From Candidatus Latescibacterota bacterium (GTDB lineage Bacteria; Krumholzibacteriota; Krumholzibacteriia; WVZY01): a stretch of DNA of 64,000 bases. Below the pieces are notes generated by a model. It was not told where the DNA came from, ran no database searches, and saw only the letters and a list, made by a program, of their open reading frames with translations. The position numbers and the translations under genes were made by a program. How positions within the stretch are numbered: position 1 is the first letter of the stretch; every line of letters starts with the position of its first letter. The stretch covers positions 32,001 to 96,000 of the forward strand of contig CAWBQK010000009.1 of the NCBI GenBank assembly GCA_963791045.1. Direction: 5' to 3'. Below are positions 17,995 to 27,250 of the stretch, piece by piece.

Positions 17995-18464
17995 ATGAGT
18001 GATGCCAAGAAAACCAGACCAGGACCGTTTGAGCCAAGGATAGTCGCGTTCTTCTGTAACTGGTGTACTTACCTCGCCGCCGACCTGGCCGGCACCTCGC
18101 GGATGAAGTACGCCCCAAACGCGAGCGTGATCCGGGTGATGTGTTCGGGGCGGGTGGATCCCCAGTTCGTGCTGGATGCGTTCGCCAAGGGAGCCGACGG
18201 CGTTCTGATCGGCGGATGCCATCCGGGCGACTGCCACTACCAGGAGGGAAACTACAAGACACTGCGGCGCATGCAGTTCTTGAAGCGCATGCTCGTCGAT
18301 ATGGGGATTGAAGAGGAGCGGTTCCGGCTCGAATGGATTTCGGCAGCGGAGGCCGAACGATTGAAAAGCGTAGTTAACGAGATGGTCGCGAACGTCAAGA
18401 AACTCGGACCGCTCGAAGTCGAGGTCCCGGACGAAGACTTGTTCCAAGGAGGTGAACGCGATAA
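17995..18464 (+). CDS. mvhD: MvhD [2Fe-2S] subunit (stop apparently lost to an indel near 18460)
   Basis: FCNWCTY, RVMCSGRV, GCHPGDCHY, WISAAE; strong RBS AAGGAGGTGA for the next gene at 18446-18455. Confidence 0.88.
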
Positions 18465-19469
18465 TGGAAAGCTCGAATACGGCCAAACCCAAAGTCGCGT
18501 TCTACTGGTGTGCATCTTGCGGCGGGTGCGAGGAGGCCGTCGTGGACCTTGCCGAGAAGATACTCGATGTCGTCGCGGCGGTGGACATCGTTTTCTGGCC
18601 CGTGGCAATGGATTTCAAGAACAAGATGTACGAGGCGATGGAGGACGACTCGATTCTCGCTTCGTTCATAAACGGAGCAATCCGGACCACCGAGCAGGAG
18701 GAAATGGCGGAATTGCTGCGGGAAAAGTCAAAGGTCGTCGTGGCGTTCGGCTCGTGCTCACATCTCGGTGGAATCCCCGGCCTGGCCAACCTCTGGAGCC
18801 GTGAAACCATCTTTGAGCACGTTTACGCAGAGGCCCCCGGACACCATAACCCCGATAACATTCGCCCCCAAATGAACTATGACGACAACGGACGCAACGT
18901 CACGCTCCCCGGGTTTTTCGACACGGTAAGGGCGCTCGATCAGGCAATCGAGGTAGACTACTACCTGCCCGGCTGCGCGCCGACACCCGGCATTATCGCC
19001 GGCGCGGTCGAGACGTTGTTGAGCGGCAACCTGCCGCCAAAAGGCACCGTGCTCACGCCGGATGTCGCTCTGTGCGATCAATGCTCGCGCAAGGATTCGA
19101 AACCGGAAGACCATGACCATCACCGAGTTCAAACGCCCGCACGAGATCATCATCGACCCGGACAAGTGCATTCTCGCGCAAGGAGTAATCTGTATGGGAC
19201 CGGCGACGCGGGCGGGTTGCGAAGCCCTCTGCGTCGAAGGCAACATGCCCTGCACGGGCTGTTTTGGACCAACGAGCCGGGTCAGGGATCAGGGCGCCAA
19301 GATTCTTTCCGCCATTTGTTCCAATATCGACAGCAAGGACGAGGCGGAGATCAACAGGATTCTCGACAAAATCCCCGATCCGATCGGCACGTTCTACCGG
19401 TACGGCCTTCCGCACTCGCTGTTAAAACGAAAAAGAATCGGTTCATTGGAGAAAAAGGTTGAAGTCTAA
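18464..19469 (+). CDS. mvhG: [NiFe]-hydrogenase small subunit MvhG (frameshift near 19115)
   Basis: WCASCGGCE, AFGSC, LPGCAP, LCDQC, then in the second frame CILAQGVICMGPATRAGCEALC..PCTGCFGP. Confidence 0.88.
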
Positions 19470-19487
19470 ACGGCAAGGTGGTTTTCC

Positions 19488-21053
19488 ATGTCCGACGAAA
19501 GAAATGACGCGCTTAAAGAAACAATAAAAGAGGGCTCCGGCAGAGCCAATGCATCCTACATGAACGCGCGGCGCCGGATCACGATCGATCCAATCACACG
19601 GCTCGAAGGTCACGGCAAGATCGATATCTTTCTCAACGATGAGGGGAATGTCGACCGCGCGTATTTTCAGATCCCCGAACTCAGAGGTTTTGAGAAATTC
19701 GCTGAAGGGCGTCTGTCCGAGGACATGCCCCAAATCACGTCGCGAATTTGCGGTGTATGTCCAACCGCCCATCACATGGCGGGCACCAAGGCCCTTGACG
19801 ATCTCTACAACGTAGAGCCGACGGATACGGCCAAGAAAATCCGCGAGATGATCTACAACATCTTTATGGTGGAGGATCACGCGCTTCACTTCTACTTTCT
19901 CGGCGGACCCGACTTTGTCGTTGGTCCCGGAGCCCCGGCAGCCGAGAGAAACGTCCTGGGTGTCATCGGCAAGGTCGGTATCGACACCGGCAAAAAGGTG
20001 ATCTCGATGCGACGGCGGCTTCGTGAAATCATCACGATGGTCGGCGGCAAGATCATTCATCCGGTATTCGGTCTTCCCGGCGGTGTGGCGCGCGGGATCA
20101 AAAAAGAAGAGATAAAACAGATCCAGGAGATCGCGGCCGAGGCCGTTGAGTTCGGCAAGTTCACGCTGGATATTCTCAAAAAAGTCGTCCTCGAGAACAA
20201 CGACTACGTCAACCTGATCGTGTCCGACGCGTTCACACACAACACCTATTACATGGGTCTCGTGGATGAAAACAATAAAGTCAACTTCTACGATGGAAAG
20301 ATCCGCGTCGTCGACCCCGAGGGCAAGGAATATGCGAAATTCAACACCCAGGATTATCTCGATCACATAAACGAGCATGTCGAGCCCTGGAGCTATGTCA
20401 AATTCAGCTTCCTGAAGAACGTCGGATGGAACGGTTTCAACGATGGCGTAGATAGCGGCATCTATTGTGTGGCCCCGCTCGCCCGCCTGAACGTGGCGGA
20501 TGGAATGGCCACACCGGTTGCCCAGGAAGCCTACGAGAAGTATTTCGAGGTCCTCGGCGGCAAGCCGGTACACCACACACTGGCCAACCACTGGGCCCGC
20601 GTCGTCGAATTGATCTACGCTGCTGAACGTTTCCAGGAGCTTGCCAACGATCCACAGATCACCGAACCCAATATTCGCAATCTGCCCACGGAGAAACCAA
20701 CCAGGGGCATCGGCGTCGTCGAAGCGCCGCGCGGGACGCTTTTCCACGATTACCAGACGGACGAACGCGGAGTGATCACAAAAGCCAACCTGATCGTGGC
20801 GACTCAGAACAACTCGGCACGCACCGCGATGAGCGTGGAAAAAGCGGCCAAGGGCTTGATCTCCAACAACAATGTAACTGATGAAATCTTGAACGAGGTC
20901 GAGATGGCTTTCCGCGCGTACGATCCGTGCCACGCGTGCGCGACGCATTCGTTGCCCGGAAGCATGCCGCTGGTTCTTCGGATCCGCGACCTCAAGGGCG
21001 AGACAAACATGATGATTCGGCGGGATACGAATGGCAGCATCCACAAAGAATAA
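19488..21053 (+). CDS. mvhA: [NiFe]-hydrogenase large subunit, group 3c-like MvhA
   Basis: TRLEGHG, L1 SRICGVCPTAH, EAPRG, L2 RAYDPCHACATH plus cleavable C-terminal extension. Confidence 0.93.
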   Translation: MSDERNDALKETIKEGSGRANASYMNARRRITIDPITRLEGHGKIDIFLNDEGNVDRAYFQIPELRGFEKFAEGRLSEDMPQITSRICGVCPTAHHMAGTKALDDLYNVEPTDTAKKIREMIYNIFMVEDHALHFYFLGGPDFVVGPGAPAAERNVLGVIGKVGIDTGKKVISMRRRLREIITMVGGKIIHPVFGLPGGVARGIKKEEIKQIQEIAAEAVEFGKFTLDILKKVVLENNDYVNLIVSDAFTHNTYYMGLVDENNKVNFYDGKIRVVDPEGKEYAKFNTQDYLDHINEHVEPWSYVKFSFLKNVGWNGFNDGVDSGIYCVAPLARLNVADGMATPVAQEAYEKYFEVLGGKPVHHTLANHWARVVELIYAAERFQELANDPQITEPNIRNLPTEKPTRGIGVVEAPRGTLFHDYQTDERGVITKANLIVATQNNSARTAMSVEKAAKGLISNNNVTDEILNEVEMAFRAYDPCHACATHSLPGSMPLVLRIRDLKGETNMMIRRDTNGSIHKE

Positions 21054-21504
21054 CCCGAAAACCCGTCTCCTTTGCCTCGGGAACGACATTCTCTCCGATG
21101 ACGCGATCGGAATTCGCGTGGCCAACGAGCTACGCGGACGGCTGCCGGAAGCGGTGGATGTCGTCGACAGCATGGAATCGGGTTTTCATCTTCTCGACTA
21201 TCTTCTCGGTGTCGACCGGGTCATCGTTGTCGACTCGGTCAAGACCGGCGGCGAGCCCCCCGGTTTTGTGTACGAGCTCGCCGAAGGCGATATTGATACG
21301 ATTCCAGGCACTTCTCCCCACTATATCGGACTTTTCGAAACGCTCGCCCTGGGCAGAGAACTCGGTCTGGACGTCGCCACCGAGCTTGTCATTGTCGCCA
21401 TCGAAGTGGTAGACTGTATGACCGTCGGCGGGGATATGAACCCTGTTGTTGAACAGGCGATTCCCGGCGTAATCAAGAGGGTGGAGGCTTTGGTGGGTCA
21501 ATAA
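21031..21504 (+). CDS. Hydrogenase maturation endopeptidase
   Basis: LGNDILSDDAIG, IVVDS, SPH. Confidence 0.88.
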   Translation: MAASTKNNPKTRLLCLGNDILSDDAIGIRVANELRGRLPEAVDVVDSMESGFHLLDYLLGVDRVIVVDSVKTGGEPPGFVYELAEGDIDTIPGTSPHYIGLFETLALGRELGLDVATELVIVAIEVVDCMTVGGDMNPVVEQAIPGVIKRVEALVGQ

Positions 21505-21851
21505 TGCACGAGTTTGGAATCGCTAGTTCTATTTTCGAGACAATAAAGTCTGAAGCCGAAAAACAACCGGGAACCCGGATTGTCGCTTTGGGGCTCAAAA
21601 TCGGCGAAGTCTCCGGTGTTGAGCCTGATTCCCTTGAATTCTGCCTGCACGCCCTCGTCAAGGATACCGAGTTCGACCCACTTGCCATAGAATTCGAGGC
21701 CTCCCCACGGCGCCAACGATGTCCCGAGTGCAATAACGAGTTCGATGTAGTAGACTATGAGGTGGCCTGCCCGGAATGTGGTGAGCTACGCACACAGCTC
21801 GTATCCGGGGATGAATTGGAGATTCTTTATTTAGAGGTGGAAGATACATGA
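21504..21851 (+). CDS. hypA: Nickel metallochaperone HypA
   Basis: MHE start, two CPEC, GDEL. Confidence 0.95.
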   Translation: MHEFGIASSIFETIKSEAEKQPGTRIVALGLKIGEVSGVEPDSLEFCLHALVKDTEFDPLAIEFEASPRRQRCPECNNEFDVVDYEVACPECGELRTQLVSGDELEILYLEVEDT

Positions 21852-22510
21852 GCCGTGTGCAGGTTAAACGCAAAGTCCTCAAGGAAAACGACCGCATCGC
21901 CGAGGAGCTCAGAAACCAGTTCAGTTCGCAGCGCGTGCTGACGCTCAACCTGATCAGCTCTCCCGGCGCGGGCAAGACTTCCCTTCTCGAACAATCGCTC
22001 CAGCATTTCAGCGAAGACGTCCGGACCGCCGTCTTGACGGGCGACATCGAAACCGAAAACGACGCTGAGAGACTGGCCAGCTACGGGTATCCGGTGCGGC
22101 AGATCACGACGGGCGGATCGTGCCACCTTGATGCCCGCATGATAGAGAAGGGGCTCGCCGATCTCGGCGAAGACGGGCTCGATGTTCTCTTTATTGAAAA
22201 CGTCGGTAATCTCGTGTGCCCGGCGAGCTTCGATCTTGGAGAAGCGTCCAAGATCGTGGTGCTGAGCGTCACCGAAGGTGATGACAAACCGCTCAAATAC
22301 CCGTCAACGTTCCTAAAATCAGATTTGCTCGTTTTGAACAAAATAGATCTTTTGCCCCACGTGCCCTTCGATATTTCGAAAGCAAGGGAGAACGCGAAAC
22401 GCGTCCACCCGGATATCGAAATTCTCGAAGTGTCGTGCACGACTGGGGAAGGTGTAGACGCGTGGGTTCGATGGGTGGAGAACCGGCTAGATTCGCTTCG
22501 CTCGGCGTAA
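21848..22510 (+). CDS. hypB: Nickel insertion GTPase HypB
   Basis: SSPGAGKT, CHLDA, ENVGNLVCPASFDLGE, NKID. Confidence 0.95.
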   Translation: MSRVQVKRKVLKENDRIAEELRNQFSSQRVLTLNLISSPGAGKTSLLEQSLQHFSEDVRTAVLTGDIETENDAERLASYGYPVRQITTGGSCHLDARMIEKGLADLGEDGLDVLFIENVGNLVCPASFDLGEASKIVVLSVTEGDDKPLKYPSTFLKSDLLVLNKIDLLPHVPFDISKARENAKRVHPDIEILEVSCTTGEGVDAWVRWVENRLDSLRSA

Positions 22511-22602
22511 TGCCGGAAGGATAAAATGGACGGCCACCGGAAATGGCGGCGCTTTTCAGCCTCTCCGCGCGATTTGGAACAACTATCTTGGGAGACAGAG
22601 GT

Positions 22603-24213
22603 ATGACACAACAGACCGTAGCCCAGCACGTATTGCTCGGTGACGAAGCGGTGGCTCTGGGGGCGATCCACGCGGGGATAACCGCCGCGTACGCGTACCC
22701 GGGCACGCCATCGACGGAAATCACCCAGTACATTTTGAACCACAAAGCCCGCGAGGGCAAGCCGCACGCCGCCTGGTGCGCGAACGAAAAAACCGCCGTC
22801 GAGGAAGGGCTCGGCACCTCGTTCGCCGGCAGACGCGCCCTGGTATCGATGAAACATGTCGGCCTCAATGTGGCCGCGGATCCGTTCATCAATTCGGCGC
22901 TGATATCGATTCACGGCGGCCTCGTACTCGCCGTCGCCGACGATCCGGGGATGCACAGCTCGCAAAACGAACAGGACACCCGCATCCTGGTGGATTTTGC
23001 GCGTGTGATGTGTCTCGAACCGGCCAACCAGCAGGAAGCTTACCAGATGACGCTCGACGCGTTCGACCTCTCCGAGCGTTTCGACATTCCTGTCGTGCTT
23101 CGTCTCGTCACGCGACTGGCGCACAGCCGCGCCGTCGTCGAGGTCGGAGAGGCCCGCGAAGAGAACCCAATCTCGAGAGTGGCCGACAAATCGACCTGGA
23201 TTCTGCTTCCTTCGAACGCGAGACGCCAGTGGCACGAGCTTCTCGGCCGTCAGAAAGACATGCTCGAATACACAGAGCAGTGCCCTCACAACCAACTCGC
23301 TCTCAACGATAAATGGCACGGGCTCGGCGTTATCACGACGGGGATTGCCAAAAATTACTACATGGAAGCGGCCGACGATATGGGAGAAACGCCGTCGCAT
23401 CTCCACATAGGCGCGTACCCGATGCCCGTCGACAAGATCAGAAAACTCGTCGACCATGTCGATCGGGTTCTTATTCTCGAGGAGGGCTACCCCTACGTCG
23501 AGCGTGCCCTGCGGGGAATTCTCCCGATGAAGAAAGACATCCTCGGCAAGGAAAACGGTCGTGTTCCATTGGAAGGCGAACTCAACCCCGACATCGTTCG
23601 GGTTGCGCTGGGTCTCAACATCCCCGAGGGCGTTACCCTCTCGAACGTGAAACTCCCAAATCGGCCGCCCCAGCTCTGCAAGGGATGCCCGCACGGTGAC
23701 GCGTACGGTGCAATCAAAGAGGCGCTCTCGGAGTATGAGAGCACGATGGTGACATCGGATATTGGTTGTTACACGCTCGGCGCGCTGCCTCCCTACTCGG
23801 CAATCGAATCATGCGTGTGCATGGGGGCTTCAATCGGAATGGCCAAGGGCGCCGCCGAGGCAGGCGTTCATCCGGTCGTTGCCGTTATCGGAGACAGCAC
23901 GTTTCTCCATTCCGGTGTGACACCGCTCATGGATGCCGCGACGGCCGACGCCAACATGACCCTTGTCATTCTCGACAACGAGATCGTCGCAATGACGGGA
24001 CTCCAGCCCACGGTGCTGCCCAGTTCCCGGCTTGAAACGCTTATCCCGGGCGTCGGTGTCGCGCCTGAGCATTTCCATGTTCTCGACGCCCATCCAAAGA
24101 AAATAAAAGAGAACACCGACATACTGAAGCGTGAGATCGCGCACAAAGGTCTATCGGTAATCATAATGGTCCGTACGTGTCTCGAAGAGGCCCGCAAAAA
24201 GAAACAGAAGTAG
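22603..24213 (+). CDS. iorA: Indolepyruvate:ferredoxin oxidoreductase alpha subunit (short form)
   Basis: YPGTPSTEI, NEKTA, MKHVGLNVA, SSQNEQD, LCKGCPH, DIGCY, GDSTFLHSG. Confidence 0.92.
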   Translation: MTQQTVAQHVLLGDEAVALGAIHAGITAAYAYPGTPSTEITQYILNHKAREGKPHAAWCANEKTAVEEGLGTSFAGRRALVSMKHVGLNVAADPFINSALISIHGGLVLAVADDPGMHSSQNEQDTRILVDFARVMCLEPANQQEAYQMTLDAFDLSERFDIPVVLRLVTRLAHSRAVVEVGEAREENPISRVADKSTWILLPSNARRQWHELLGRQKDMLEYTEQCPHNQLALNDKWHGLGVITTGIAKNYYMEAADDMGETPSHLHIGAYPMPVDKIRKLVDHVDRVLILEEGYPYVERALRGILPMKKDILGKENGRVPLEGELNPDIVRVALGLNIPEGVTLSNVKLPNRPPQLCKGCPHGDAYGAIKEALSEYESTMVTSDIGCYTLGALPPYSAIESCVCMGASIGMAKGAAEAGVHPVVAVIGDSTFLHSGVTPLMDAATADANMTLVILDNEIVAMTGLQPTVLPSSRLETLIPGVGVAPEHFHVLDAHPKKIKENTDILKREIAHKGLSVIIMVRTCLEEARKKKQK

Positions 24214-24223
24214 AGGTGAAGGG

Positions 24224-24808
24224 ATGAAGTTCGACATCGTTCTCTCAGGTGTTGGCGGACAGGGGGTGCTTTCGCTCTCGGCGATCATCGCCTCCGGCGC
24301 CATGAAGGAAAATCTCTTTGTTAAACAGTCCGAAGTGCACGGGATGTCCCAACGGGGCGGAGCGGTTCTCGCAAACCTCAGGATCTCCGACAAGCCGATC
24401 GCAAGCGACTTGATACCTCGAGGCCGTGCCTCGATGATCTTGAGCATGGAACCGCTCGAGAGTCTTCGTTATGTATCGTACCTGTCGCCCGAAGGAGCGT
24501 TGATCACATCGACGACTCCGATGATCAACATTCCCAATTACCCGGATCTCGAGGAACTGCTGGGTCAGATTCGGGGCATTCCGGGGGCGATCCTTGTGGA
24601 AAGCGAGCGGCTCGCAAAATTAGCAGGCTCGCCGAGGGCCGCCAATATGGTCATGGTCGGCGCCGCATCGCACCTGCTTCCCGTCAAAGTCGAAACGATG
24701 GAGCATTACATCGAAAGCGTCTTCAAGAAAAAGGGCGAAAAGATCGTCGAGGCCAACTTGAAGGCGTTTGCGGCGGGGCGCGAAGTCTCGGCCCATGAAC
24801 GCGCATAG
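24224..24808 (+). CDS. iorB: Indolepyruvate:ferredoxin oxidoreductase beta subunit
   Basis: GVGGQG, SEVHGMSQRGG, NMVMVG, NLKAF. Confidence 0.92.
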   Translation: MKFDIVLSGVGGQGVLSLSAIIASGAMKENLFVKQSEVHGMSQRGGAVLANLRISDKPIASDLIPRGRASMILSMEPLESLRYVSYLSPEGALITSTTPMINIPNYPDLEELLGQIRGIPGAILVESERLAKLAGSPRAANMVMVGAASHLLPVKVETMEHYIESVFKKKGEKIVEANLKAFAAGREVSAHERA

Positions 24809-24933
24809 CGCGCTCGCGGGTATTAGCAAAAAGATGATGGGTGTGCGTCATTCACAAAGCGGTGACGCACACCGAGCGCCGTTCGATCCTGTCAGGAAAA
24901 CAACCTACGCATATCCATACAGAGAGTACAACA

Positions 24934-27168
24934 ATGACACGAAATCAGATCCGGGAGGTTCTTGAGTCCGTTAAAGCCGCGGGGCGTGACGTCCTCCTTG
25001 AAACCGAAGGCATACGCATCCTCGAGGCCCTGGGTTTTGACGTTCCAAAATATGTTTTCATCCAGCGCTCGGGTGAAGTGGCCGCCGTCGATCTGGGCGC
25101 ATTTACAGGCGATCGAGTGGTGGTTAAGGTGATCTCCCCCGACATTCTGCATAAGAGCGATGTCGGGGGTGTTTTGTTTCCGGACAGAAATCACAACGCA
25201 ATCCGCACGGCCGTGGCGGAGATGGAAGAAAGTTTCATCGGCCGAAACATCGAGGGTTACACAATCCACCAAATGGTGTCTTATGACCGTTCGCTCGGCA
25301 ACGAGTTGCTACTCGGGTTAAGATCGACGCCCGACTTCGGACCGGTCGTCGTGTTTGGCGCCGGTGGAATTTACACGGAATATCTCGCGGACAATTTCAA
25401 AACAGGGCGAGACGTCGCCATCATGTCCGCCGAGGTTCCCCCTGTCGGAGGGACCGGGAGAGTTCTCGAGAGAATCGCGCTCACGCCGCTTCTCGTCGGC
25501 GGTCTCCGTGGACAGCGATCAAGGATCGCCGCCGAGGATCTCGAGAGCCTGATGGACAACATGCTCGAGTTCGCCCGGACGTTTGTGCCCAATGAGATTT
25601 CCGAGTTTGAGATAAACCCGCTGGTCGTGTCCGAAGGTCATCTGATCGCACTCGATGTCGTCGTCAAACTCGCCTCCCCCCCGATCGAAACCACGCCGGA
25701 GCGGCCGATCGACAAAATCAGCTATCTTCTTACACCACAATCTGTTGCTGTAATAGGCGTGTCCGAGAAGATGAACCCCGGACACATAATCCTCAACAAT
25801 CTGATACGCGAGGGTTTTGACAAGGATCGCATCTTTGTCATCAAACCCGGGATCGAGGAAATCGAGGGGTGCCGGTGCTACCCCGATGTCGCCTCGCTCC
25901 CGGAAAAGGTGGATCTTTTTGTGCTGAGCGTCTCTGCCGCTCAGACATCGCCCACAGTTACCGAAATTATAAAGACACAAAAAGCGGAAAGCATGATCGT
26001 CATCCCCGGCGGACTCGAGGAGAAGTCGGGCACCGAGACCATTGTTAGCGGCATGCGCGCCGCGCTTCTTGAGTCACGGTCAGATGCATGGAGGGGGCCG
26101 GTCATAAACGGCGGCAACTGTCTTGGGATTCGATCGCTTCCCGGCCGTTACGACACAATGTTCATCCCGCCCCACAAGATCGCGCTTCCGGACAAACCTC
26201 CCGCCCCGCTCGCCGTAGTCAGCCAGAGCGGCGCGTTTTCGATTTCAAAAAATAGCAAGATATCGTGCGTCAACCCGCTCTACACGATCTCGTTCGGAAA
26301 CCAGACGGATCTTACCGTCGGAGATTACCTCACCTATATGAAGGACGATCCCGACGTCGATATTTTTGCCGTTTATGTCGAGGGCTTCAAACCGCTCGAT
26401 GGAATCCGTTTCGTCAAAGCGGCGAAGGAAATCACCGAAATGGGCAAGACGGTGATCCTGTACAAGGCGGGACGTTCGTCCGAAGGGGCGAAAGCGTCGG
26501 CGAGTCATACCGCATCGATCGCGGGTAACTACCCCGTGACGCGCGAGCTGTCGACGAACGCGGGCGTAATCGTCGCCGAGACGATCGCGGATTTCGAAGA
26601 CCTCGTAATGATGTTTACATGCCTTCGTGACAAAGAGGTGGCGGGGTGGCGGCTGGGCGCGATGTCCAACGCGGGTTTCGAATCGGTGGCGATGGCGGAC
26701 AACCTCGGTCGGTTCAGGCTCGAGAATTTTGCGCCGGACACCGATGGGCTTCTTCTTGAGGCATTCAAAAAGATGCGAATCGAAAACATCGTCGACATCC
26801 ACAATCCTCTCGATCTGACGCCGATGACGACCGACTCCGGGTACCAGGCAATCATGCGCGCAATGCTCGGGGACGACGGCGTCGACGTTGGAGTGGTTGG
26901 TTGTGTTCCGATGACACCCGCGCTCAACACGCTCGTGGCTGGCGAAGGTCATCCGGATAACGTTCACTCCGAAAAAGGTATCGTGGCAAGAATGAAGAAG
27001 GTCCGGGACGTATCGACAAAGGCTTGGGTCGCCATCGTCGATGCCGGCCCCGTTTATGACGAGATGACCCGGCTGCTCAAAGAGAACGACATTCCGACGT
27101 TCCGCACGGCAGACCGCGCGCTTCGTTTGTTTCACAGATTCTGTGAGGTTCGGCTCTCGCGGGGCTGA
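24934..27168 (+). CDS. ADP-forming acyl-CoA synthetase (ACD), beta-alpha fusion
   Basis: ATP-grasp KVISPDILHKSDVGGV, FGPVVVFG, EINPL; CoA-binding domain GGNCLG, SQSGA; catalytic SHTASIAG. Confidence 0.88.
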   Translation: MTRNQIREVLESVKAAGRDVLLETEGIRILEALGFDVPKYVFIQRSGEVAAVDLGAFTGDRVVVKVISPDILHKSDVGGVLFPDRNHNAIRTAVAEMEESFIGRNIEGYTIHQMVSYDRSLGNELLLGLRSTPDFGPVVVFGAGGIYTEYLADNFKTGRDVAIMSAEVPPVGGTGRVLERIALTPLLVGGLRGQRSRIAAEDLESLMDNMLEFARTFVPNEISEFEINPLVVSEGHLIALDVVVKLASPPIETTPERPIDKISYLLTPQSVAVIGVSEKMNPGHIILNNLIREGFDKDRIFVIKPGIEEIEGCRCYPDVASLPEKVDLFVLSVSAAQTSPTVTEIIKTQKAESMIVIPGGLEEKSGTETIVSGMRAALLESRSDAWRGPVINGGNCLGIRSLPGRYDTMFIPPHKIALPDKPPAPLAVVSQSGAFSISKNSKISCVNPLYTISFGNQTDLTVGDYLTYMKDDPDVDIFAVYVEGFKPLDGIRFVKAAKEITEMGKTVILYKAGRSSEGAKASASHTASIAGNYPVTRELSTNAGVIVAETIADFEDLVMMFTCLRDKEVAGWRLGAMSNAGFESVAMADNLGRFRLENFAPDTDGLLLEAFKKMRIENIVDIHNPLDLTPMTTDSGYQAIMRAMLGDDGVDVGVVGCVPMTPALNTLVAGEGHPDNVHSEKGIVARMKKVRDVSTKAWVAIVDAGPVYDEMTRLLKENDIPTFRTADRALRLFHRFCEVRLSRG

Positions 27169-27250
27169 CCTTTGCAGAAGGATTTGGTGGGTTTTGCTGA
27201 ACGAGAGGCTCCGGACCAGCGGCGGCCTCGTCCACACAATTGGAGGTACC

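Noticed and set aside
17995-18804. MvhD-MvhG fusion or extended MvhD
   Set aside because: A strong RBS and TAATG at 18461-18465 indicate separate genes with a one-base error.
16006-21053. Selenocysteine recoding in hdrA/mvhD/mvhA
   Set aside because: The relevant motifs have Cys (CNWC, GDCH, DPCHAC); the breaks are frame changes, not in-frame TGA.
14554-21053. Evidence of methanogenesis or archaeal origin
   Set aside because: Context is a diderm bacterium (Omp85, TamB, sigma54 system); no mcr/mtr genes in the window.
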